Source: a virus
Taxonomy: Duplodnaviria > Caudoviricetes
IMG/VR virus record: IMGVR_UViG_3300046012_000215
Location: 1 to 63,563 of that record
Reading direction: 5' to 3' (one strand)
Length of the DNA: 63,563 bases
How positions within the stretch are numbered: position 1 is the first letter of the stretch; each line of letters begins with the position of its first letter. Below are positions 46,967-55,142 of this stretch, in pieces. Made by a program: the position numbers and the translations under genes. Below the pieces are notes generated by a model, which saw only the letters and a list, made by a program, of their open reading frames with translations, made no database searches and had not been told where the DNA came from.

Positions 46967-47344
46967 ATGTCAAAGCTAACGAACATGCTAGTAGAAGAGA
47001 TGAAGTCCTCTAGTAAATACAAAGAAGAGAATTTTGGTCAACCAGTCGGTAGTGGTTGGTTTGAGCTCATTAAGGAGGTGATGGCTGAGAGCAAAGTAAC
47101 CAATCTTCTCGCCGCTTCTTACATGATTTCTATAATTACTAGTCCTGAAGCATCTGAGCTAGAGGAGTGGAAAAATCTTGAGCCAAAAAAATTCGTCGAG
47201 AAACTAATCAAAAGACCCGGAGTCTTTGAGCACCCATTGATGTTTCTTTACTGGGGCATTCAGATTGGCAAGAAACTCGCAGAAATAGAGTCACTAGAAA
47301 GGATGGCGGAACATGGCGAAGATATCTCCAAAGAAAATCACTGA
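46967..47344 (+). CDS. Hypothetical protein
   Basis: RBS AGGAG; 125-aa ORF. Confidence 0.65.
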   Translation: MSKLTNMLVEEMKSSSKYKEENFGQPVGSGWFELIKEVMAESKVTNLLAASYMISIITSPEASELEEWKNLEPKKFVEKLIKRPGVFEHPLMFLYWGIQIGKKLAEIESLERMAEHGEDISKENH

Positions 47345-47597
47345 AACAAAACTCCCGGAGCTTCAGATCAATAAGTTTAATGGTCTAGCTCGGATCATTA
47401 CTCCGGGAGGAGTGATTGGTCACTGGACAAATTATGAGCATCCGATAATAGCCACTGAGAGTAATGGCACTCAGTACATGGCTTTAAGTGAGTATTATGA
47501 GGGAGAGCTCAAGGCTCACGTGATTCATGTCCTGGTCCCCGTGGCTGGGAAGCATACGTACAAAGATTTTGGGAGTTTGAAGAAAGTGAAAATTTAA
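47313..47597 (+). CDS. Hypothetical protein
   Basis: Co-directional ORF in the operon. Confidence 0.6.
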   Translation: MAKISPKKITETKLPELQINKFNGLARIITPGGVIGHWTNYEHPIIATESNGTQYMALSEYYEGELKAHVIHVLVPVAGKHTYKDFGSLKKVKI

Positions 47598-47603
47598 AGG
47601 AGA

Positions 47604-47912
47604 ATGAGTATGAGTGGCAGTTTAGTAGTGAGCGCAGTGCAGGAACCTGTGCTTTCAGTGTTTCTGAAGGCAATGGCTGAGAAGTATAACAATGACTCAA
47701 GGTCCACGAGCCTGGCGCTTTCATGGATCGCTGAGAAAGCTCAGTGGTACGCGTCAGTCAATAGATTTCCAAGCAGTGGACACCAACAAATTTGTTCTTC
47801 TTACGGGGACACGCTGGATCAGGCGGTCCGAAACGTGATGCGCATTTGGAAGATCGAAGCGGGGTTGGTTCCTGATGAAAATCTAAAGAAGTTCACGGAG
47901 ACAGAACTGTGA
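47604..47912 (+). CDS. Hypothetical protein
   Basis: RBS AAGGAG. Confidence 0.65.
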   Translation: MSMSGSLVVSAVQEPVLSVFLKAMAEKYNNDSRSTSLALSWIAEKAQWYASVNRFPSSGHQQICSSYGDTLDQAVRNVMRIWKIEAGLVPDENLKKFTETEL

Positions 47913-48226
47913 CCAGTGGAGAAAGAATTGATAGAGTAACTGAACTTCTGTCAAAAGAAGGTTCAGAGGAGAAGCTTTTCTATCTCAGCTTTGCAGAGCC
48001 TGATAAGTGGCTCGGGGCTATTGTAGTGAAAGGCTTTGGGTTCACATCAGCTTGGCTTAAGACGCATGAGTTGAAGATAAATCCCGGTGGTCAAGTCATG
48101 GGAAGAGAAATCCCTAGTGACAAGTGGCCAGCTGAGTGCTGGTGGAACCGATTATTGACCAAAGAAAATGTTGAGGAGATGGCGGGTCCACTGAAAGCTA
48201 TTAGAGTTTTGGGGCAGCATGACTGA
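47909..48226 (+). CDS. Hypothetical phage protein
   Basis: YLSFA...LG..V...INPGGQV pattern; 4-nt overlap. Confidence 0.65.
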   Translation: MTSGERIDRVTELLSKEGSEEKLFYLSFAEPDKWLGAIVVKGFGFTSAWLKTHELKINPGGQVMGREIPSDKWPAECWWNRLLTKENVEEMAGPLKAIRVLGQHD

Positions 48227-48235
48227 ATTGAGGAG

Positions 48236-48781
48236 ATGATGACGATGATTCCAATGCCGGAAGCGAAGCGTGTACCGATACTGTTCCTTGACTTGGATGG
48301 AACGGTGCGCAAGGGGTTCGACGAACTTGGTCGATTCGTAAACAACGCGGATGATGTTGAGCTTTTTCCGCGCATGGCCGAACGGCTGCTGAGTTACAAG
48401 CAGGCTGGATTTAGAATTGTGGGAGTTACGAATCAGGGCGGCATTGCTACTGGAGATTGTACGTTTGATGGAGCTGTCAGTGCAGTCAGGCGTACACAGG
48501 AACTATCAGGCAACGCTTTCGACCGGATTGTGATGTGCCAACACCATCCGGCGGCTAAAGACCCAGAGATGGCGAACTGTTTTTGTCGTAAGCCAAAGAT
48601 AGGGATGCTTGTCATGGCGCAAATCTGGCTGAATGAAATTCACCCAGACGAGATTTATCCACCGCACCTCGCCCTCATGATTGGTGACAGGTCAGAGGAT
48701 GCGAAGTGTGCGGAGTCTGCGGGTGTGACATTTATGTACGCGGCGGATTGGCGGGCGATGCCAATAACAATTTCTGTCTAG
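48236..48781 (+). CDS. HAD-IIIA phosphatase (GmhB/HisB-like)
   Basis: FLDLDGTV, VTNQGGI, CQHHP...CFCRKP..GM, MIGDRSED. Confidence 0.88.
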   Translation: MMTMIPMPEAKRVPILFLDLDGTVRKGFDELGRFVNNADDVELFPRMAERLLSYKQAGFRIVGVTNQGGIATGDCTFDGAVSAVRRTQELSGNAFDRIVMCQHHPAAKDPEMANCFCRKPKIGMLVMAQIWLNEIHPDEIYPPHLALMIGDRSEDAKCAESAGVTFMYAADWRAMPITISV

Positions 48782-49026
48782 TAAGACAACACACAGAGCA
48801 TTGTGGATAGAACCTTTTATTCGAGGAACGTAGTTTGTGGGTGAAAGGATTAAATGATGTTTTCCGTTTTGAGAATGTGTAACGACGATGAGGAAGAGAG
48901 GTTGCTTCTCCACGTTGCCGGATTCGACACCAAGGATGAAGCGATAAGCCATGCTCGTCACTACAAGATTCAGAATGAGTACCCAAACCATCGTTGGTTT
49001 GTGATTCCAATGGAGGAGATAGTTGT

Positions 49027-49206
49027 ATGAAAGTTTCTGAGTTGATAGGAATGCTAGCTACGTGTCCTTTAGATAATGAGGTAGAGATTGAACTTTATCA
49101 AGACACAGATGGAGCTCCCATGGAGAGTGGTGAGTTTTACGTCGGAGCACCTAGAAGTGTTAGAGTTTCTCATGACATGGTTATAATTTCTCAAGTTCTA
49201 AAATAG
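49027..49206 (+). CDS. Small acidic protein (start MKVSELI)
   Basis: RBS GGAGGAG; MKV.ELI..L...P.D.EV pattern. Confidence 0.6.
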   Translation: MKVSELIGMLATCPLDNEVEIELYQDTDGAPMESGEFYVGAPRSVRVSHDMVIISQVLK

Positions 49207-49233
49207 GGGCCCAAAACTGGAAGGAGTTAGAGA

Positions 49234-49545
49234 ATGAAAGTTTTAAAATTATTAGTTCTTTTTTCTTTATTTTCAGGTTGCTCTTCGAAGAAACCACCAC
49301 CACAGCACTTAGTAATAGGTACGGTTTTTAAGGTCTGGAGTACACATGACAGTTATTATGACTATGATAATATAGTTCATGTCACGTGGTTATTCAAGAA
49401 TGGTAGTTATTGGCAACAGACGCTATGTGGGTTACAGGATTATTTGGTCTCTGGTGAAGTTTATGAGATTAAATATCATTCTGAAGAGACATCAGAAAAT
49501 AGTTTTATTTGTGATGTCGTAGATTCATCAGTTCACTGGGATTAG
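49234..49545 (+). CDS. Lipoprotein
   Basis: MKVLK + hydrophobic core + lipobox FSGC. Confidence 0.7.
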   Translation: MKVLKLLVLFSLFSGCSSKKPPPQHLVIGTVFKVWSTHDSYYDYDNIVHVTWLFKNGSYWQQTLCGLQDYLVSGEVYEIKYHSEETSENSFICDVVDSSVHWD

Positions 49546-49624
49546 ATTTTAGGCCCAAAACTGGGACAGTTGGCTGGGATAGCCCGGGCCCTGGGCGTTG
49601 GTTGGTCGGAGGCCCATTTCTTTG

Positions 49625-49653
49625 TTTACAACGTGAATGGGATGGTATATAGT
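49625..49653 (+). promoter_or_regulatory. Promoter TTTACA-N17-TATAGT
   Basis: Variant of the conserved motif upstream of 49703. Confidence 0.6.
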
Positions 49654-49702
49654 ATTTATAGATTGATGGTAATTATTCATCTAATCTAGAGAGGAAACAA
49701 AA

Positions 49703-50017
49703 ATGAAAACCGAAAACACCAACGCAGCGGTAGCCCCCGTCGAGGTGGTCGAGAAGAAGACCCCCGTCAACGAGCGCAAGTATGAGCTTGCGAAACCCAA
49801 CGCTCCCCAGGCCTTCAAGGGCAAGCAACGGCAGATCGTGTTCGATCTCCTTCTCGCCAGCAAGGCACCCCGCACGATCGCTGAGATCGCCAAGGATGCC
49901 GCGGCCAAGGGACTCACGGCCGTGGGTGGGATCGAACCGTCGGTTCGCTACCACCTCCACCACATGACGCTCGATGGGGTTACCAAAGTCACGAACCCCA
50001 TCATCACCGTCCAGTAG
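49703..50017 (+). CDS. Small winged-helix DNA-binding protein, paralogue of 4148..4534
   Basis: FKGKQRQIV...TIAEIA...SVRYHL; strongly GC-rich codons. Confidence 0.7.
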   Translation: MKTENTNAAVAPVEVVEKKTPVNERKYELAKPNAPQAFKGKQRQIVFDLLLASKAPRTIAEIAKDAAAKGLTAVGGIEPSVRYHLHHMTLDGVTKVTNPIITVQ

Positions 50018-50223
50018 CACGATGGCCGGGAGCGAGAGCTCTCGGCCTAGTCGTGTTGGTTAGGCGGCATCAGGAAACAAACCTAGCAGGTAACACGGAA
50101 TCATCTTAGGATGAGCAACAATGGGTATCCCCCAACGTAGGTCCGTTCCACTGCACTAGGCTAATCCATAACGAATTGAAAGATTCGCCAGATGCCGCCT
50201 AACCAACACGATTACGTCGTGTT
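50018..50223 (+). ncRNA. Putative structured RNA, unknown family
   Basis: 24-bp closing stem 50048-50071/50191-50214, nested helices, GAGA and GAAA loops. Confidence 0.65.
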
Positions 50224-50252
50224 TATGAAGTCAACCGGATCAGAGGATAGTT

Positions 50253-50450
50253 ATGGACCAGAAGAAGCTTACAGTAGGAGATTCGAACAAAACTGTGATG
50301 CAAGAGAAAAAGTACACGCCCATAACGGATGATGGTGCTCCGTTCCTATGCAACGTCTGTGGACAACGTGACCGCCAACCATTCGTAAAAGACCCAGACA
50401 AATTTGGTGTCCTTCACGCGGCGTGCATCACCACACAGAAGGAGTCCTAG
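50253..50450 (+). CDS. Small putative Zn-binding protein
   Basis: CNVC...HAAC. Confidence 0.55.
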   Translation: MDQKKLTVGDSNKTVMQEKKYTPITDDGAPFLCNVCGQRDRQPFVKDPDKFGVLHAACITTQKES

Positions 50451-50550
50451 CATGTTTATCCTCGTCAACTGGTATGAAGTTGGAATCGTCTGCTTCATGC
50501 TGCTGGCTTTGAAGTTATGGTCACACAAGCCTCGAAAGCGAAGGTGAGTT

Positions 50551-50766
50551 ATGGCACTTGACACGAGCCGACTAGACCCAGAAGTTATGGACAATCTAGT
50601 CGAGAACTACGGAGTCGGGGACATTGAGCAGATGACGCCTGAGCAGGCGTTCGATGCTTGGTGCGACTATGAAGGTCTCGTAAACTATGGGCCTCAGCTT
50701 CGACTGATTCTCCTCAAACTGAAGATGGCAGAGGTACCGAAAGATGAGTCTAGTACTGCGTACTAA
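50551..50766 (+). CDS. Hypothetical protein
   Basis: I..MTP.QAFD.W..YEG...YG pattern. Confidence 0.6.
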   Translation: MALDTSRLDPEVMDNLVENYGVGDIEQMTPEQAFDAWCDYEGLVNYGPQLRLILLKLKMAEVPKDESSTAY

Positions 50767-50778
50767 CGGAGGCATCAA

Positions 50779-50961
50779 ATGAAACCAACAGTCGAAGGAC
50801 CAGTTGATAGTAACGCGTTTTCAGTTATGGGAGCCGTGACACGGGCTCTGAAGCGGGCCGGCCAGGGAGGTCTAGTCGACGAGTATAGATCTAAGGCAAT
50901 GGCTGGGGACTACTATAACTTGCTCCGTGTATCAGAGGAGTATGTGGACTTTGAGTTATAA
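50779..50961 (+). CDS. Conserved small phage protein
   Basis: G..D.NAF.VMG.V.RAL..AG...A..GDY..LL. Confidence 0.7.
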   Translation: MKPTVEGPVDSNAFSVMGAVTRALKRAGQGGLVDEYRSKAMAGDYYNLLRVSEEYVDFEL

Positions 50962-50966
50962 TGTGA

Positions 50967-50996
50967 TTTACTTCTCTGATCGAGTTGTATTATAAT
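50967..50996 (+). promoter_or_regulatory. Promoter TTTACT-N18-TATAAT
   Basis: Variant of the conserved motif. Confidence 0.6.
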
Positions 50997-51099
50997 AATT
51001 TTAGAGAGAAAAATTTGAAACAATCTTCTCTCGGAGCGGTAGCTCAGAATCTGGGCTACCTTGAGGTGTATAACTGCTAGTACAGAAAAGGATTGAGTT

Positions 51100-51309
51100 A
51101 TGGGGAACATCTGTAGTCTATCAACTGACGATCTCCGGGTCAAGGCTCGTGAGTATCATCATCAAGCTGACCGCTTTAAGCCAGCCGGGCCTCGAGAGGC
51201 TCGGTTCGAAGAGCGCAACAAATTATACCGTGAGACTAACTTGAAGATGGCTTCAGTGTTCGAAGAACTCATCTATAGACGAGAGAAAGACTCGCCTACG
51301 CGCGCGTGA
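51100..51309 (+). CDS. Hypothetical protein
   Basis: Downstream of promoter, with RBS. Confidence 0.55.
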   Translation: MGNICSLSTDDLRVKAREYHHQADRFKPAGPREARFEERNKLYRETNLKMASVFEELIYRREKDSPTRA

Positions 51310-51567
51310 TATAAGCTATGACAAAAGAAGAGCGAAGGGCGGCTAGTTTGCCTCGTAACCTGTGCCCTGGGCTTGATTTAAGTTGCTAACTCTTGATATA
51401 AGCCACACACTAAGGAGTAGTTATGGCGCTTTCAATGAAGGATCGGTGGTTTATTGGTCGCATGGTCTATGTTTTGTGCTCCGTGCTCATTAAGCTTCAC
51501 GCTGGTTTGATGCTTACTCACTTTGAAGTTCATGAAGAGATCAACAAGGAAGTGAAGGATTTGTTCT

Positions 51568-51777
51568 ATGATAAGCAGTAGCACGCAAGCTGAGTGGCCA
51601 GTGTTGAGTTATGGGTGGAAGTACACTGACCAGGTGGCTAATTCAATAGCTTTTGCTTGTAAAGAGTGTGGAAAGACATTTTCTTTGCTGCATACTTGTG
51701 AGCTTAAGGACGCGGCACACGAGCACCGGGACCTTGAAGGTCACAATATCTTGTTCATTATCTCAACTCATAATTAG
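51568..51777 (+). CDS. Putative zinc-finger protein
   Basis: CKEC...H...H. Confidence 0.5.
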   Translation: MISSSTQAEWPVLSYGWKYTDQVANSIAFACKECGKTFSLLHTCELKDAAHEHRDLEGHNILFIISTHN

Positions 51778-51941
51778 AAAGTGTGATGGCGGTGATGGCA
51801 CGCGCGTCGCGCTTCGACCATTTACCCCAGTAACCGATGAGTTTTAAGACCTTTTGAAGTCAACCGTATGGTTCGCTGCGGCATTTAAGTAGACGAGTTT
51901 CCGCACTTCTCGAAAAGTTTATGCAATTTCATGATAAAAAG

Positions 51942-52338
51942 TGTAACACCACGGGTCACGTACTAAAATACTTCTCTCAATAAAGCCATCGCATTTATGA
52001 TAGAAATGTAACACCAGTGAATTTTTCAGTGTAACATCTATGATCAATAACAATAACCTTTCATTACGCTTAGGATTAGGCGTGCATAGGTGTAACATAT
52101 ATATATATAAAACGGGGTCTTAATTTTCATATGAAATGGGCAAACCAAACTGCAACCCAATGAAGAGAGTATAAAACAATGACTTTGTAACACCACGGTC
52201 ATCATAGATGTTACAAAACATGAGTCATAAAGTATTTACTTTCAATAATTTAGAATGTAACACCTGTAACACCTACCCATTTCATTTCATTTGAAAGTTA
52301 ACTCACCCGCCGTATATATATATGTTACATCTATGCAC
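51942..52338. repeat. Putative replication origin: TGTAACA(C/T) iterons and long inverted repeats
   Basis: At least 7 direct and 2 inverted copies in a non-coding AT-rich 400-bp gap. Confidence 0.7.
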
Positions 52339-52356
52339 ACCCTTTATAAAAATAGT

Positions 52357-52386
52357 TGTACATCTTTATCACAGTTATTTTATAAT
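52357..52386 (+). promoter_or_regulatory. Promoter TGTACA-N18-TATAAT (probably leaderless transcript)
   Basis: ATG at 52392 only 5 nt after the -10 box. Confidence 0.7.
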
Positions 52387-52391
52387 AAATT

Positions 52392-52703
52392 ATGAAGCCC
52401 GGGGCATTGATATCGTGGTATTATCCTCCTTTTAAGCGTCATGTTCGACGATCCTGGCCTTCAGCCTTTTATTCCGATAATCGAATAGCTGCTGACATTC
52501 AGTCTACTGAACGCTTAGTTTATAATCGAGTCAATAAAGCTGCTGTCAACTTAGATTTAATAGTCCGAATCGCTGATTACTCAAAGACGGAGCACGGGTG
52601 GACGTGGAGAACATTGAAATCTCGTGCCACGACTTTCAAGCAAGCTAAAAAATTAGCTGAAGACTTCTTAGCTAATAACACTAAGTATGGAGTAAATAAA
52701 TGA
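52392..52703 (+). CDS. Hypothetical basic protein
   Basis: ORF directly after the promoter. Confidence 0.6.
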   Translation: MKPGALISWYYPPFKRHVRRSWPSAFYSDNRIAADIQSTERLVYNRVNKAAVNLDLIVRIADYSKTEHGWTWRTLKSRATTFKQAKKLAEDFLANNTKYGVNK

Positions 52704-53065
52704 TCCTCGGATTCAAGTTATCAAAGCAAGCCGAAGCACAGATACTGGCTTCTGCAAAACAAAAGAAGCAGTCTAAACAAGAGTACCTGAGAACATTGAT
52801 TGAGGCTCTACACGAGTCAGATTCTTGTTATCTGATTTTGAAGCCAATGCCTCACATCGCTAAGATGCAAGCGATCGGCATAGCTATTGATAGTATTCTC
52901 AACAAGCATGATGTTGTACCTTGTGAGGACAATTCAAAAGAGTTCATGCTCGTTCCTAAGACGATGAGTGACGGGAAGCCTCTCATTGAATTGACGGATA
53001 GGGAGACGGTGGCTGGGCAACCACCTGAGCAGCGCACCGAAAGAATCAGTTTGGTTAAGGAGTAG
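52700..53065 (+). CDS. Hypothetical protein, possible N-terminal ribbon-helix-helix
   Basis: ILGFKLS...AK....SKQEYLR.LI. Confidence 0.5.
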   Translation: MILGFKLSKQAEAQILASAKQKKQSKQEYLRTLIEALHESDSCYLILKPMPHIAKMQAIGIAIDSILNKHDVVPCEDNSKEFMLVPKTMSDGKPLIELTDRETVAGQPPEQRTERISLVKE

Positions 53066-53068
53066 AGC

Positions 53069-53308
53069 ATGCGAGCCCGGATCAAGAGATTAGAAGAAAT
53101 GGAGCTTTGTTGTGACAAGGTACGAGAAATAGCAGTTAAAACTCAATGCTTAGAGGTAGAGTTAACAGGTGTCGCCGAATTAAGGCATTGGACTTGTCCA
53201 TTTTGTAATTCAAGCACAAATTCAATGAGTTACGGAGTTTTAAACCAGCCATTTAACTGGGCTCGAGTAATAGATATCGACATCGATGAGGGAGCCGGAG
53301 CATGCTAG
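53069..53308 (+). CDS. Cys-rich small protein, paralogue A
   Basis: CC...WxCxxC...IDIDEG. Confidence 0.65.
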   Translation: MRARIKRLEEMELCCDKVREIAVKTQCLEVELTGVAELRHWTCPFCNSSTNSMSYGVLNQPFNWARVIDIDIDEGAGAC

Positions 53309-53556
53309 CTAAATTAAAGACTGAAATTCTCGCTAATCATGTATCTTGCTGTGAAGCTGAGAAAAACCTATTCGAAAAAGCTGTCTCAGAATATGGAGGT
53401 CTAGTGTTAGAGCTTGTTGGCTCTCCATACGACTTAGAGTGGATTTGTTTTAAGTGCGGAGCTTCAGGGTTTGAGAAAGTTTATTCTGTGAAGAATGGCC
53501 CCGTAAACGTTGTTGAGGTATCAGCTATTGACATCGACGAGGGAACCGTAGCATGA
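53302..53556 (+). CDS. Cys-rich small protein, paralogue B
   Basis: CC...WxCxxC...IDIDEG. Confidence 0.65.
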   Translation: MLAKLKTEILANHVSCCEAEKNLFEKAVSEYGGLVLELVGSPYDLEWICFKCGASGFEKVYSVKNGPVNVVEVSAIDIDEGTVA

Positions 53557-53927
53557 CGATTTATGAAATGATTCAAGAAGAACGGCAGCGACAGATTCAA
53601 CAAGAAGGTTTTACTCCTGAGCGCGATGATCAATACTACAATAAAGAACAGAATACGGAAGGCGACTTAGCTCTAGCGGCGATTGCCTACGCTTCTCCCA
53701 TCGACATCGATTTAGAATCTGAACCTTCACTAATCATCTGCTCAACGAATGGAGATGATTCTGTCTATCCATGGGGTAATAACCCGCAACTTCTACATCG
53801 ATCTGGGCGAGCTGAGTTATCCAACCAAGTTCGTATTCAACAAATAGTCAGAGCGTGTGCTCTCTTAATCGCGGAAGCGGAGCGACTGCACAGGAAAGAA
53901 ATGAGGAAGCATGGAGATACCTATTGA
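53553..53927 (+). CDS. Conserved phage protein (all-alpha, ER.RQ...EG family)
   Basis: ERQRQ...EGFT...DD, LA.AA..YA, PW, RA.ALL.AE.ERL. Confidence 0.75.
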   Translation: MTIYEMIQEERQRQIQQEGFTPERDDQYYNKEQNTEGDLALAAIAYASPIDIDLESEPSLIICSTNGDDSVYPWGNNPQLLHRSGRAELSNQVRIQQIVRACALLIAEAERLHRKEMRKHGDTY

Positions 53928-54261
53928 GGACATGTCTCACCTATTAGCCGGCTTTGAATTGCCGACTAAGCTAGGGGACCCGGATTACGAAGAACCAATC
54001 AAGACTCGTCTGTACCGCAAAGTCAAAGTCTTGCTGATGTTCATTGTACAAGACGAAGATGAGCACAAGTTCATTTCAGTGCGCGTCCCGAAAGGTCTCC
54101 CAACGTACAGACTTCGACAGCTCAACCGGCACGTTGAGGAGGGGCTCCGGGCTATCTATCCTAAGGCCTATCGCCTCAACTTTTATCTTGTGTCTCAAGC
54201 TTTTCCAGAGAAGTTTGAAGTTCAAATCGACCCACCAACCTTTCAGGTGGTTTATGTCTGA
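53911..54261 (+). CDS. Hypothetical protein
   Basis: Co-directional overlapping ORF with RBS. Confidence 0.6.
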   Translation: MEIPIEDMSHLLAGFELPTKLGDPDYEEPIKTRLYRKVKVLLMFIVQDEDEHKFISVRVPKGLPTYRLRQLNRHVEEGLRAIYPKAYRLNFYLVSQAFPEKFEVQIDPPTFQVVYV

Positions 54262-54514
54262 CCAAGCGATAGAGGAGTTCAGAGTAAAGCTGCGACGAGC
54301 CTTTCAGGCTACTTTAGAAGGCACTGTTGAGAAAATTCCATACACTGAACGTGGATTTGCGCGCCTCCTAGTGTTAGCTGAGCCACTTCTTCCAATAGAG
54401 TGGAGAAGACACTTTAGGATTGTTTGGGTGGAACCAACTCCTGAACACAGACGAGCTGGAAAGTTACCTGAACCAGAAATCATCGAAATAAAAGATGATC
54501 AAAGTCTCATATAA
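54254..54514 (+). CDS. 86-aa protein resembling the tail sheath C-terminal domain (start corrected to 54254)
   Basis: KIPYTERGFARL...TPEHRRAGKLP vs own sheath KIPQTDQGQQQL...TQSQIQARQAP; RBS AGGTGG. Confidence 0.55.
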   Translation: MSDQAIEEFRVKLRRAFQATLEGTVEKIPYTERGFARLLVLAEPLLPIEWRRHFRIVWVEPTPEHRRAGKLPEPEIIEIKDDQSLI

Positions 54515-54543
54515 AAATAGTTGTACTACTGGTCATTTTGTTG

Positions 54544-54573
54544 TATACAACTATATTTACGAGGTTATATAAT
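54544..54573 (+). promoter_or_regulatory. Promoter TATACA-N18-TATAAT
   Basis: Conserved motif; a second partial copy (AAAAATAGTTGTAC) just upstream. Confidence 0.7.
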
Positions 54574-54605
54574 AATAATAGAGAGAATTTGAAAGGGATA
54601 TTCAC

Positions 54606-54806
54606 ATGATGAAACAAGTGCTGCATCTCAAGAAAGGCGATAAGTTTCGCCTCGACAACGTTGTTTACAAGGCAAACCGGGTTGATCATTACACTGACCA
54701 AATGATCAAAGGAACTTTTAATCCTTTGCTCGGGAATGCGATCGTTGAGACGATGACTGGCACTCAACTAACGATGCCAATCAGTGCAATGATTGAGACT
54801 CTTTAA
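54606..54806 (+). CDS. Small beta-rich protein
   Basis: LKKGDKF..D..VY; first gene after the promoter. Confidence 0.6.
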   Translation: MMKQVLHLKKGDKFRLDNVVYKANRVDHYTDQMIKGTFNPLLGNAIVETMTGTQLTMPISAMIETL

Positions 54807-54931
54807 GCGCGGGGATGTATCCTGCGTGCTGTGCTCTAACGTTTAAAATATGGTGAAAGGCCGACGAAATTAATTGTCCAAGCTGATAGTATCGTAACCA
54901 TAGCGAATAGAGCACAGCACGGAGGGTATAT
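54807..54931 (+). ncRNA. Putative structured RNA / processing stem
   Basis: Perfect 14-bp stem 54825-54838/54908-54921, extendable outward; inner TATGGT/ACCATA. Confidence 0.55.
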
Positions 54932-55142
54932 GCCGATGAAGAAGATTAAGACGCCAGACGGCGAAGACATTAGTACGAGTTTTGTCGCTAAAATCCGGAG
55001 ACGGATCAAGCGGCAAATAGCGGAGCCTGAGCAGAAAGTTCATCGAGTTACTGTCGATGGAAATATGTTCAAGTACCGCATCAAAGCGGGCCAAACTCTC
55101 CAGTTCAAGTGGACTGGAAAGCGGCTCTTACATCAACCCTAA
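54930..55142 (+). CDS. Small basic protein
   Basis: RBS GGAGG lies inside the 3' arm of the stem. Confidence 0.55.
   Translation: MPMKKIKTPDGEDISTSFVAKIRRRIKRQIAEPEQKVHRVTVDGNMFKYRIKAGQTLQFKWTGKRLLHQP

Noticed and set aside
51032-51062. tRNA-like 5' sequence CGGAGCGGTAGCTCAG
   Set aside because: Folds as a simple hairpin (GGTAGCTCAG/CTGGGCTACC); no anticodon or T arm
54044-54253. 5' extension of ORF 54044..54514
   Set aside because: Overlaps 53911..54261 out of frame; ATG at 54254 has an RBS
54855-54895. Hammerhead-like words GAAA...GTC...CTGATAG
   Set aside because: Stems I and III cannot form, and the CUGANGA core is not matched
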